Below the pieces are notes generated by a model. That model saw only the letters and a program-made list of their open reading frames with translations. It was not told the origin of the DNA and ran no database searches. This document shows positions 32,012-41,759 of a stretch of 64,000 bases of DNA, piece by piece. The stretch is from Nitrosopumilaceae archaeon (GTDB taxonomy: Archaea > Thermoproteota > Nitrososphaeria > Nitrososphaerales > Nitrosopumilaceae): the NCBI GenBank assembly GCA_965214835.1, contig CBDCCK010000002.1:608001-672000 (forward strand). Reading direction: 5' to 3'. Made by a program: the position numbers and the translations under genes. Numbering within the stretch: the stretch's first letter is position 1; each line of letters starts with the position of its first letter.

Positions 32012-32265
32012 CGCCGTAGTCAGGGTGATGGATCAACCCCTCGTTATGCATGTGCTTCGCGCACTATTTGTTGAATGGGGATATCCGAGCTGCTGTGTTC
32101 CTGTGCTTCGCGCACTAATGGATGACTGCAGCTTCTGGTCCGTCAAGACCAGGAATGAAGGAAACCGCCTGCGGTGACTCACCTCCTGCCCCACCACCCA
32201 CCCAATGATCTGGGAGGATATGGCATGACCGTACTGGGACAGGCAAGCGCGACTGCATCGTGCAA
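32012..32265 (+). repeat. dispersed repeat, probable IS remnant; inverted copy at ~47395-47648
   Basis: e.g. gaaaccgcctgcggtgactcacctcctgc is present reverse-complemented at ~47472-47500. Confidence 0.75.
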
Positions 32266-32701
32266 CCAGCGTTAGCCATAAAGTGTGCCATGATCAGCTA
32301 GGCATGGATCAGAAGAAGCTAGGGACATCGTCGTTTCTACGACGGATGTTTTTAACATAGATATCGCCTAATTCGCCAGAATTCCCGAAAACCGCTGAGA
32401 CGCTATGTGGATCAGGCGTGCAAAAATGGCGGAAATTCAAAAAAACGTACGGATCGAGTCGGGTAGGTGGAATTAGGCGACAGCCCCCCCCCCTTTCAGG
32501 TGTCCAAGATTATGCATATTTCCAAACATCTCTGGCTTAGAGATCTGGCCACCAAACCAAGGAAAATCCGAATCCGGTGAAGTTCCATATCCCCAATTTT
32601 ACACAGAACCAAAAACCGGAACAGTCCAATGGAAATAATGGGTAATGGTGACTAGGGTCGGAGAATATCCATGTTTCAGGTCTCGAAGATTACACAGAAC
32701 C
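32247..32701 (+). repeat. ~455-bp direct repeat, copy 2
   Basis: near-identical to 27588-28043. Confidence 0.9.
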
Positions 32702-33517
32702 CCCGCCCACAAGGTTTAATTTGTGACATGTTCTATGTTTGTTAGGTCTGAACCGGGCGGTGGCGCTATGCTACCACTATTATCTTATTCAAATTAGAAA
32801 AAATTCTAGGTAACCAAGTCACAGGGCACTAAGGTTTCTACGGTTCCCAGGCGATGAAGCCCCCGCCAAATTCGGGTCTCATCAAGATGCTCGCTCCGTA
32901 TGTGAATGTGTCTGTTTAAAATTGTTTTGGATTGCAGTCTTTTCAGAAGTTCCCCACAAGACGGTTCCACAGTCGAAACAGTTCAAGCCAAGCTGCCTGC
33001 AAATCCGCGTGTAGCCATCAGCGCCATCGTGAGTCGGATACATTTGGGAAGACTGTTGCAGGTTAGGGCTGCCGCGATTGTATGCAGGATACAATGCGGA
33101 CTGCTGGCGGGAGATGTTCGGCGTGACAATGACATGCATCATAACCCGGCACCCCGGTGAGATCAGTGTGACGAGCATGAAAAAGATACGGGGTTGCCTC
33201 CCCTTATGCATTTGTGGTGACGGTTAAAAGTTCTTGAGCACTATGGGTGCGAACTACTCAGGAAGGCGTTTTTTGGCAATCAGGTACTTTCAATCGCCGG
33301 TATGGACTGCCACGTCTAAAACAAAAAGGAGACAGCGGTGTAAAAAAGCCGCCTGTCGTACACCCGGACAATCCTGTTGATCTTGTTCCCCCATAGCTGT
33401 ATGACAGATGGAAAGATAACAACGCCAGGTAGCAAAGCGCACTTGGGATCAAGGCAACAGGATCGGGGAATCTCTGCGCATGCTCCTGTGAGGAAGGTGA
33501 CCTCGCAAATCACACAG

Positions 33518-33745
33518 TCAGAGGCTTTTGAGAAAGTCCTCTTTTCTGATTTCTGCAAGTGACAGAATGCCAAAAATGGTCCCAACCTTGACCTCCTTGT
33601 GCATCGGAACGATCGTGACTATCTTGCGGTCTGTGAATTTGCGCAGGACAACATGGCTTCCGGTCTGGCGGGAAACCTGAAAGCCAAACCTGTCTACAAG
33701 GACCCTTACTATCTTGCTGCCTGCAAGCTTAGGAAATTTCGACAC
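33518..33745 (-). CDS. hicA: HicA-family mRNA interferase toxin
   Basis: L...FGF...RQTGSHVVLRK...IVPMH.E...GT...IL. Confidence 0.92.
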   Translation of the reverse strand: MSKFPKLAGSKIVRVLVDRFGFQVSRQTGSHVVLRKFTDRKIVTIVPMHKEVKVGTIFGILSLAEIRKEDFLKSL

Positions 33746-33938
33746 TCAGTGCACCCATCATATCCATGCTTTGGATGGACTCTTTTGCATCTGGCACCTC
33801 CTCTAGGTAGAGGCCCACTGCCTCCCTGATGTTTGCCATTGCATCCTCTATTGTGCTGCCCTGGGTGGTCACTCCCGTGGCCACCTCCTTTATTACGTAC
33901 GCGTCCTCTTCCTTCCAGAATACCGTCTGCAATCTCAT
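33729..33938 (-). CDS. hicB: short HicB-family antitoxin (UPF0150 type)
   Basis: GVTTQGSTIEDAMANIREAVGLYLE; overlaps the hicA start. Confidence 0.92.
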   Translation of the reverse strand: MRLQTVFWKEEDAYVIKEVATGVTTQGSTIEDAMANIREAVGLYLEEVPDAKESIQSMDMMGALSVEIS

Positions 33939-34041
33939 GCATTATGTCAAGGAACGAATCGTTTTAATCTTTTTGTGAGTGTTTGTGTATGTGTTCTGGA
34001 GGACGTAATCTCTCTTACGGGCTAGTCTGCTGCAACAAACT

Positions 34042-35568
34042 ATGTTGCAAGAAACGTTTTTTTACGTGAGCGAGCGCACTTGGACTGTAAGGCTTCGATA
34101 TGGGAAAGAAAGACTGCCTCCACATCCCGTAAAAATCGACTTGGACGTAGATATTAAAAATTTTGGCCCAGTCACAAGGGGCACCCTGAACATAAAGCCC
34201 CTGACCATCTTTATCGGTCCCAACAATTCAGGCAAGTCGTATGTCGCGATGCTGATACACTCGATTCTGTCATCTGTGAACAAAATCAAGGAATTCGGAT
34301 CGCACGTACTCCCAAACCAGGGACAGATGGACATATACAATCTTAGTGATGAAAAGTTGAAAGACGTTGTGAATAAAAACAAAGGCAGACAGAGTTTTGC
34401 CATTCCAGCAGAACTTGTCAAAGAAGTCCGCTCCAATATCATCCAAAGTGTTTTCGGCGATGTGCTAGAGTCCTCAATCCGTCGTAATTTTGGCTCCACG
34501 ACACGCGATCTTGTAAGGGCTGGACAAAGGAATGCAAAGGTTACCGTACATGACTCCGTTAATCTCGACATAAAGATTGGCAAGAAGTTAAGCGTAACGG
34601 AACGCGTCAACGCTGCCCAAAAAGAATACGAGGTCAACATCTCCCCAAAGGGATCCAGATATCAAGTGCAAGAGAAGTCAGATGCCAATTCTTCTGTGAT
34701 CCTTCTGAACAAGTCCAAGGCGTCTGATTTTTTCAGGTATGACTTGGCCTTTTGGCTAGTCTCTTCAATCTCTCGTGACATCGCACACGATAACATTCCT
34801 AGCGACTCGTTTTATTTTCCGGCCGCAAGATCCGGAATACTACAAGGCCACAAGGCGCTTTCTGCAAGCATCATCAAAAGTGCCCCGTTTGGTGGCATTG
34901 AGCCGTTGCACATCCCCAATCTGACTGGCGTGGTGTCTGATTTTATATCCGAGATCATCCTTATTCCTCGTCGTCCGGGACCGTTATTCAAGCTTGCCAA
35001 ACAGCTAGAGGAGGATCTTCTTCACGGACACATCAAACTGTCTTCGTTTGAAAAGGAAACCTTTCCCGAAATCGTTTACAGATCAGAACAGGGCGACATC
35101 CCATTACACAGAACATCGTCAACGATCTCCGAGATTGCCCCGTTTACTTTGTATCTAAAGTACATAGTGGACACAGGCAACATGCTGGTTATTGAAGAGC
35201 CGGAAGCACACCTGCACCCAAAAAACCAGCTAATCTTTGCAGAATATATCGTAAAGATGATCCGACGGGGGCTCAACGTGTTAGTTACCACCCACAGCGT
35301 ATTCTTGCTAGAACAGCTGAACCAGTCAATGCTTGCCAGCAGACTTCCCCCCGATCTGAGAAAAAAACAGGGATTTGGCGGGGATGACAGCTATCTATTG
35401 CCAGAGGAAATAGCTACATACGTCTTTAAAGACGACGGCGGCGGCCACCGCATTGTTCCCGTCAAGACAGACGACGAGGAAGGCATATCACAGGAAGAAT
35501 TCATAGAGATAAACGAATACCTCTACTCGAAATCAGTCAAACTTTCACAGAATCTGCCGGAAAACTAG
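34042..35568 (+). CDS. soluble ABC-type ATPase (AAA_15/AAA_21, OLD/AbiEii-like)
   Basis: IKNFGP, GPNNSGKS Walker A, YFPAARSG, IEEPEAHLHP Walker B, TTHS; true start may be further downstream. Confidence 0.92.
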   Translation: MLQETFFYVSERTWTVRLRYGKERLPPHPVKIDLDVDIKNFGPVTRGTLNIKPLTIFIGPNNSGKSYVAMLIHSILSSVNKIKEFGSHVLPNQGQMDIYNLSDEKLKDVVNKNKGRQSFAIPAELVKEVRSNIIQSVFGDVLESSIRRNFGSTTRDLVRAGQRNAKVTVHDSVNLDIKIGKKLSVTERVNAAQKEYEVNISPKGSRYQVQEKSDANSSVILLNKSKASDFFRYDLAFWLVSSISRDIAHDNIPSDSFYFPAARSGILQGHKALSASIIKSAPFGGIEPLHIPNLTGVVSDFISEIILIPRRPGPLFKLAKQLEEDLLHGHIKLSSFEKETFPEIVYRSEQGDIPLHRTSSTISEIAPFTLYLKYIVDTGNMLVIEEPEAHLHPKNQLIFAEYIVKMIRRGLNVLVTTHSVFLLEQLNQSMLASRLPPDLRKKQGFGGDDSYLLPEEIATYVFKDDGGGHRIVPVKTDDEEGISQEEFIEINEYLYSKSVKLSQNLPEN

Positions 35569-35569
35569 G

Positions 35570-36043
35570 ATGTCCCTGCAAAAAATCAAAAACAAGTACT
35601 CTTGGGCAGAAATTTCTTGCGGCAGTGAACGTTGCAACATCCGCGTAGATACGGGGAGGAATTTTGTCATGTTGAAGGGAGAGCTTCTGGTGCAGCGCCT
35701 GCCGGAAAAAATATGCGACTGCATAATCTTTCAAAACGACAAAAAAATTGCAATCGTTGAGTTAAAGAGCACGTCGCTTGATGCCAAGAAAATCATCGAG
35801 AAGTTTTCCAACAGCGCAAGAAAATCAATCGACATAGCAGCCAGTGCCTTCTGCACATCCAAAAAAGATGATTTTACGCCATATCTTATTTTACTGGCAA
35901 AAAAGTATGCCAACTACTTTGCACATGACAAACTCCAAAGATCCAAAATCCCAATCAACGGAAAAAATCGCCGCATAATTCTTGGCAGATGCGGATGCTC
36001 TTTGAGCAGCTGCATCAGTTCACAGAAACGTCACAGAAGATGA
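35570..36043 (+). CDS. small PD-(D/E)xK nuclease-like protein
   Basis: KICDCIIF...IAIVELKS; 1 bp after the ATPase stop. Confidence 0.7.
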   Translation: MSLQKIKNKYSWAEISCGSERCNIRVDTGRNFVMLKGELLVQRLPEKICDCIIFQNDKKIAIVELKSTSLDAKKIIEKFSNSARKSIDIAASAFCTSKKDDFTPYLILLAKKYANYFAHDKLQRSKIPINGKNRRIILGRCGCSLSSCISSQKRHRR

Positions 36044-36048
36044 ACACA

Positions 36049-36124
36049 AGACTTTGCGTATTTGCCAAAAGCAACGTAAAAGATGCCTGATTTTTTGATC
36101 TGCACCGATTACGCACAAGGGCTA
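36049..36124. mobile_element. family B MITE, degenerate
   Basis: similar to 38417-38496. Confidence 0.7.
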
Positions 36125-36277
36125 TGGAGAATCACCGGACATGGATTGTCCATGGACAGGGTCCCGTGTTTTTTGGCACTAGTGCCTGTTCTTTTGGGAT
36201 GCCTGCAGGCAGACTGCTCTGGAGTCTGGTCATACATGGTGTCTTCAACCCACGCTCAGATTGAATCATGTAAGCGA

Positions 36278-36361
36278 GAGTTTACCCCCTAGGGCGGCAC
36301 TGTCGATCAGGGCCTTCATAACAATGACTCCCCGCGCCGTATTCACTGGAGGGGTAAACTC
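36278..36361. mobile_element. putative MITE with GAGTTTACCCC inverted ends
   Basis: gagtttacccc...ggggtaaactc. Confidence 0.55.
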
Positions 36362-36414
36362 GTACCTCATGCAAAACCTCAAACTAGTTATACCGATTAG
36401 GCGATCGGAGTACA

Positions 36415-36545
36415 ATGGCGGGTAGATCTACACAGTCCGTGAAAAAATTCAAGCCTGCCAGCCAATGGATTGCGCTTGAAGGGGACAAGATCATTGCCAA
36501 AGGGGTAGATCTGGCAGAAGTGAAGGGGACAAGATCATTGCCGTC
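36415..36545 (+). pseudogene. DUF5678-like remnant
   Basis: QWIALEGDKIIAKGVDLAEV. Confidence 0.55.
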
Positions 36546-36894
36546 AATACGTCAATGCAATGACTCGGGCAAAATCAAGGCCCCAATTCAAAAGAATTGC
36601 CAACGATGCCAGGTCATAGCCGATACCGCCTCGGATCCCACCCATACAGTACGCCGTGTACCTGCCATTGAATGTGGCCCTTTTGTTTCTGTATCATGGG
36701 CTGGTAAGATGACATTTGTTAGCGTGGTACCAAGTATGTTTTTCGTGGAGGTCACCGTAGTTTCGTCATTCCCTATGACGGGTGAGGGCATCACGGATCC
36801 CCGGCCGGCACCGGCCGGGGCGCAGCGGGGGGGATAGGTCCGCGCCCTGCCCGTTTTAATTAGGAATAAATCCCCGGGGCCCTCTTAATGAGCA

Positions 36895-37086
36895 ATGCAC
36901 TGCGATGACAAGAGAACCGCCTCGGTATTGAGGGAAAACATTGCAGAATCAGCTAGGGAGCTGGCAAGGCTGGCCGAAGAGCATCAAAATGCAGGCAAAT
37001 TGCGCAGGAGGCAGATTCGGCAGGAGACCTTGGAGTTGGAGCGATTCATCGCCGAAAACAAAGAGCAGATAGAGGCGATGGGCTAG
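36895..37086 (+). CDS. small coiled-coil hypothetical protein
   Basis: 63-aa charged helical ORF. Confidence 0.4.
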   Translation: MHCDDKRTASVLRENIAESARELARLAEEHQNAGKLRRRQIRQETLELERFIAENKEQIEAMG

Positions 37087-37532
37087 CACCCATGGGACTG
37101 CGCCCACCCCGTTGCCGCAAATTCACTGGCACTGCAAAGCTCGACGGGGAGGTATCCGTTGCCAGAGTCCAGTAGCGCCCGGCTTAGGTTCTGGCCGTTG
37201 CAGTATATCACCCCGATGATTCTTCCATAGGTGCCTTCCTGCTGGCCATCATCCTCATCGATCAGTGCAGTCGAGCCGACAGGACATGCACCCTCAACGA
37301 ACGCCGTGGCAGCCTCCGCCCCGCCCTCGTACTCTTCAGGGGCAGAAGACAGGGCAAAGCGGACGGACTGCCCGTCGACCTTGAGAGTGTCACCGTCCAC
37401 AATCGCAGTTACCTGGCCCGAAAAGCACCCGGCCTCGCCGCTGCACTGGAACGTTCTAGGAATGGTAAACGCAAACATCACCCCGATCACGGCCAGAATG
37501 ATCGGGATGACTGCCAGCTGCCTTGACTTCAC
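37083..37532 (-). CDS. membrane-anchored thermonuclease (SNase) family protein
   Basis: VTAIVDGDTL, VRF....APE, YGRIIG, N...L.SG; N-terminal TM helix. Confidence 0.9.
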   Translation of the reverse strand: MKSRQLAVIPIILAVIGVMFAFTIPRTFQCSGEAGCFSGQVTAIVDGDTLKVDGQSVRFALSSAPEEYEGGAEAATAFVEGACPVGSTALIDEDDGQQEGTYGRIIGVIYCNGQNLSRALLDSGNGYLPVELCSASEFAATGWAQSHGC

Positions 37533-37584
37533 ACAACGGGATGGTTTTACAAAAACAAAAGAATTTCCATCAAGTCAGAGGACA

Positions 37585-38222
37585 AGGCCGTCTTCACGGC
37601 AAGGCGCGCGGCAGGAGGCCTGCAGTATCGAGGTACACTCCGGAACCATCTGACGGCAAAAAGTTCACGTTCGCGCTGGTCATCAGGAGGATCCCAAAAT
37701 CCAAGGCAAAGAACATCTTTGATCGTAACAGCTCAAGCTCTGGAAGCTGCTCCTGATTTCAGACACGAATCTGCCCGGGAGGGGGAGCCTCTGGGGCGGC
37801 AAAACCCACGCCTAAACTTCCAGAGCCCGATCTGTTACCCTTGATCGGTACCACGTGTTTGCAACCACGCAGCGCTGCGGCGGCTATGCGGAGCTGATAG
37901 ACCATGTGACAGAGGAGTACCGGGACAGGTGGGGCATAGAGACCGGATACCGCTGTGCCAAGAGCATCAGGCCGCGGACCGTCAGCAGGAATCCTGTCCT
38001 GCGTGTGCTTTTGTTTTACATGTCGCTTGCAGTATGCAACATATGGCTGACAATGAGGGACTCGGAAGACCCAAAGACCCGCGTCATGGCGCTGCTGACT
38101 CATGTATGCCGTGGTCCTGTATTCGTGCTGCCTCCGTGCGCTGGATGCCGACAGGATCGGGGTGGGGCGACGGCGGCATGATCCCGGCTAGACGGATTTA
38201 TGGGGTACATTTTCAACTACTG
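37585..38222 (+). mobile_element. ISH3-family transposase 3' remnant carrying a MITE
   Basis: EYRDRWGIETGYR...PRTVSRNPVLR; terminus ttttcaactactg. Confidence 0.8.
37725..37838. mobile_element. 114-bp IS66-derived MITE (family A2)
   Basis: gtaacag...ctgttac; TSD ctttgatc / ccttgatc. Confidence 0.9.
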
Positions 38223-38416
38223 AAGAAGGACCTCACAGACATTGACCTGCATGAACGGGCCTTTGATGAGGCAATGATGGAGGGCAGGCAAAAGCCCGAA
38301 GGCTCCCCCGCCGGAGAGGCCGCCCCCAGGACGAGCGCCTTGGAAAAATTCAGGATCAGATAGGCACCAGCCTTGCGTCTTCTTTCTCCTCATCCCCAAG
38401 GGAGGCGTGAACCTAG

Positions 38417-38496
38417 TAGACCTTATGCATAATTGCCAAAAATGACGCAAAAGCTGCCTGATTTTTTTGACTTGCACCGATTACGCATAAGGTCTA
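38417..38496. mobile_element. 80-bp family B MITE
   Basis: tagaccttatgcataat / attacgcataaggtcta. Confidence 0.9.
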
Positions 38497-38744
38497 GTGT
38501 ATCTTGGGGCTTTTGGACCATACGTGACACCTGTCAGACCCCATAGTGCACACAGTTGAAAATCAAGCACTTTTGTGTCAAAACGGATAAGATTTGATAT
38601 AACGTCTCTAGTGCACACATCAAAAAACGGAACATAATTTTTGACACACCGTGCCTATTTAGATAAAAAACATCCCTTTACATATACATGACGCACTTAG
38701 TGCCGATGATTGGCAGGATTCGGCCGAACCCTTCCAGACGCGCC

Positions 38745-39170
38745 TCACGATTTTTCCAGTGTGAGTTTCCTTCGCCTTTCTGAAAAGGTAATATCATATC
38801 TGGAGAACAGCAGATCCCTGCCCATTATCACAAAGTTGGGACCCGCGTCATAGTCCGACGGTACCAGTATCTTTGAGTTATCGAACCTGTCAAAGACCTC
38901 GTCATTACGCATGATTGCGATCGACCTGATGTTGTGCTCGTTTGCATCGATGGTGCCAGATACGCCGACGGCGTCGACCTTCATACCGGGGCTGTCATCT
39001 AGCAACCCCGTACGTTCTGCTGTAAGCCTTGGCACATAGGTGGTACTGGCACCCGAATCCACGTATGCCCTTTCACGTATGCCCCTTCTATGATGTAACA
39101 TCACATCCAGCATCGGAGCAAAAGCCATGGCGCCGCCCATTGGCCTAGGCAGATATTTGAATACGGCCAT
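38745..39170 (-). CDS. retropepsin-like aspartyl protease
   Basis: AYVDSGASTT, flap GVSG, IMGRDLL...ITF. Confidence 0.88.
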   Translation of the reverse strand: MAVFKYLPRPMGGAMAFAPMLDVMLHHRRGIRERAYVDSGASTTYVPRLTAERTGLLDDSPGMKVDAVGVSGTIDANEHNIRSIAIMRNDEVFDRFDNSKILVPSDYDAGPNFVIMGRDLLFSRYDITFSERRRKLTLEKS

Positions 39171-39176
39171 GACACG

Positions 39177-39389
39177 TTACAGTAGGAACGGAGGATTACC
39201 CTCTGGTATGTACTGTACCACCGGCATGTCCCCTCGATCGTCATGCATGGCCACTATTTTACGAACATCCTTTCCCCTTTTGGCATGATGTACGACCTTG
39301 TCGTCTATCACCACGATCCAGTGGCCTGCGTATTTTTTTCTGTCGTCACTGCTCATGTTGTCCACGTATTTCATACTTTGTACTCTCAT
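39177..39389 (-). CDS. DUF5678-like small protein
   Basis: KYAGHWIVVIDDKVVHH...P.V.YIP; ends 6 bp before the protease start. Confidence 0.8.
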   Translation of the reverse strand: MRVQSMKYVDNMSSDDRKKYAGHWIVVIDDKVVHHAKRGKDVRKIVAMHDDRGDMPVVQYIPEGNPPFLL

Positions 39390-39685
39390 AACCCCATTAT
39401 GATGTGGCCAAATATTTAGATTTTTATTTGATGCTGGATTGCCGCATGACCGTCGTGCCTGAGCGCGCAAAAACATCTGATTTTTTGTGCCTAAAATCAG
39501 GGTCATCTGACAGCCTGCAAAAGTAAGAAAGAGCAAAAAGAAGAGCGGCCATGCCGGAGCTGTCGCACAATCCCGCGTTTCAGCGACGAAAGTCACTGCC
39601 CTGTTGAAACAACGCCCATCCTATTACGTCCGCATGTCCTGCCAGACCTTCTGCAAGACCCCATGCGACTTTTGGAATGTTGCTA

Positions 39686-39773
39686 TAGTGCACACATCAA
39701 AAAACGGAATATAATTTTTGACACGTCGTACCTATTTCGATAAAAAACATCCCGTTTTCAACTGTGCGCACTA
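39686..39773. mobile_element. 88-bp TA-type (IS630-like) MITE; partial copy at ~38609-38677
   Basis: tagtgcacaca / tgtgcgcacta. Confidence 0.75.
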
Positions 39774-39827
39774 TCGTACCATGAACCGGCATCATTCTTA
39801 ATATAGTCTAAACACGTAATATGTCAC

Positions 39828-40013
39828 ATGAAGAAAAAGTCCTCCAACACTGATGACTACAGGACTCTCTTAAAAAACGCAATGAAAAATCCGGGAATTC
39901 GCGAGGTGGAAAAATTGTATGAAGACTATCGTGGAATCTCACAGCAATCTGATATGATAAACTCCAAAATACATCCAGGATACCATATAACAACATCCGA
40001 TTCCTCATCCTAA
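39828..40013 (+). CDS. 61-aa peptide upstream of the SDH-type protease
   Basis: LLKNAMKNPGIREVEKLYE...ITTSDSSS; 1 bp before the protease ATG. Confidence 0.6.
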   Translation: MKKKSSNTDDYRTLLKNAMKNPGIREVEKLYEDYRGISQQSDMINSKIHPGYHITTSDSSS

Positions 40014-40014
40014 C

Positions 40015-40491
40015 ATGCCGACTTGGGGAGAGATACTAGCCGAATTAAACCAGTTAAAAACGGCCGATTCGGGAAGCCGTTTTTGACGTCTTGAGAAGAA
40101 AGTACCTAGCGTGGCTATACGCAAAAACTGGAAGAAACGTAATTCTATACGCCTCTGCCTAGACACAGGCTGGGAAAAACGTAGATCCCGGATTGCTAAG
40201 CATAACCGAGGAGGACCTGCAGGGCCTGATGGAGGTAGTTCACGGGCTGCAGGGAACCTCATTAGATCTGATAATACACAGTCCTGGCGGCTCGCCGACG
40301 GCAACAGAGGCTCTAGTCACGTATATTGGGACAAAATTCGACGACATACGCGTAATCATTCCACATGCGGCAATGTCTGCAGCAACAATGTTGGCATGTT
40401 CAGCCAATCGAATAATGATGAGAAGGCATTCCTTCATCGGGCCCATTGATCCGCAGATAATTCTCAATACAAAACTGGGGACGATGTCGGT
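40015..40491 (+). pseudogene. SDH-family ClpP-fold serine protease, frameshifted and truncated by IS481
   Basis: MPTWGEIL; LDLIIHSPGG, AMSAATMLA, GPIDPQ. Confidence 0.88.
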
Positions 40492-40600
40492 GCAGGCATA
40501 TGAGCGCAAGATGCCTCCTGCGGGCGAAACGGTCATAGATGGGCAGACCGGGGAGGAGTATCATGCCAGATGGGGGGTGAACTACTTTTCGGATCCCACA
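40492..40600 (+). mobile_element. 3' end of IS481
   Basis: near-identical to 61948-62059, ending ttttcggatcccaca. Confidence 0.9.
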
Positions 40601-40648
40601 ACACAGAACCGAAAAAATATATACATATTAGGTATAAAAGTACGTATC

Positions 40649-40864
40649 ATGTCTACCGTCAGAGTGAAGCTGGAAAAAATAAAAGGGGGATTGCTGGCTC
40701 AGTACTTGGACAATCCAGAGATAATAGTGACCGGAGACAACAAAGAACAAATCAACAAGAATCTAATTAAGATAATCGACGGGTATGTCGAGGCATTCCC
40801 AGAGACCAAGAACAGCTTTTTTGAAAACCAGCAGCGATTCAAGGTAGATTTTATTGAGGTATAA
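40649..40864 (+). CDS. divergent HicB-like protein
   Basis: GGLLAQYLDNPEIIVTGDNKEQINKNLIKIIDGYVE; own TATA-like element at ~40631. Confidence 0.65.
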   Translation: MSTVRVKLEKIKGGLLAQYLDNPEIIVTGDNKEQINKNLIKIIDGYVEAFPETKNSFFENQQRFKVDFIEV

Positions 40865-41081
40865 CTGGCATGTTCTCAAAAAAGTACTGTCAATTTTAGG
40901 CTATCGACAAGTACCGACGTCAATGCAAGGCTATCTGTTTTTTAGTCATTCTGAAATGCCCAAAGTTACAATTGAAAAGAATCCGAAGTACCAAGCTGAA
41001 AAGATTGAAAGATACCTCTGCGTAATTAAGTTGCCACTTCCGTACGTGGAACCAATTTACAAAAAATGCTCTGAACAATAA
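40854..41081 (+). CDS. divergent HicA-like protein
   Basis: KKVLSILGY...GYLFFSH...KVTI; overlaps the HicB-like gene; no GSH motif. Confidence 0.5.
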   Translation: MRYNWHVLKKVLSILGYRQVPTSMQGYLFFSHSEMPKVTIEKNPKYQAEKIERYLCVIKLPLPYVEPIYKKCSEQ

Positions 41082-41322
41082 TAAAACGCCTATCCGACGC
41101 AAGCTATCAGTCTGACATCTGTGCACTGCTACAAACTTGGAACATCTGCTTCCGGCGTCCCGTTAGAGGCACGCGGTGGCTGCGTATGAACCAATCACCT
41201 ATTTACACTGCTACTAACTCGGGACATTTCACGGGGATGTCCAATTCTGGACATGGGGGAGGGGGCAGATATCGATAAATCCAGAGCCTGCATAAGAAAA
41301 ACACTTGAAAAAATACCTGGAA

Positions 41323-41745
41323 ATGAACAACCAGATTCTTGGAGCGCTGGGGGAGACGTACTGTGAACAGTTTCTTTACTCCCAAAACATGGCATGTGTC
41401 AGGCCGCATAACATAGACGCAGGGGAGCTGCTATCCGGCAACAAAATACCGTTTGGTTACAAAGATGGCAGAATAGACATGGCGGTGCCTGAGATTCTAA
41501 GGGACGATATCTGCAAAATATGCAGGACAACTACAAAATACAAGCCACGATACCTGTATGATTTTCTTGCAGCCAGGCTATGCGCCGAAAGTCCACCCAG
41601 GCAGATCAATCAGACCAAAGCTGAGGACTTTGTGGGTGGAGGCCAAATCCGGAAACAGCAAACCCAGTGAGTCACAAATAAGAGGAAAATCTGAAACAAA
41701 GATCAAGGTCATGATATGCCGCGCAGAGGGGGTTCTTTTCGGTAG
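41323..41745 (+). pseudogene. PD-(D/E)xK nuclease-like gene, frameshifted
   Basis: ILGALGE...LYDFLA... then, in a shifted frame, WVEAKSG.S..SESQ. Confidence 0.65.
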
Positions 41746-41759
41746 CCGTAATGTCTGCA

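Noticed and set aside
40193-40864. 223-aa protease-HicB fusion
   Set aside because: Chance in-frame join of an SDH fragment, an IS481 end and a separate HicB-like gene.
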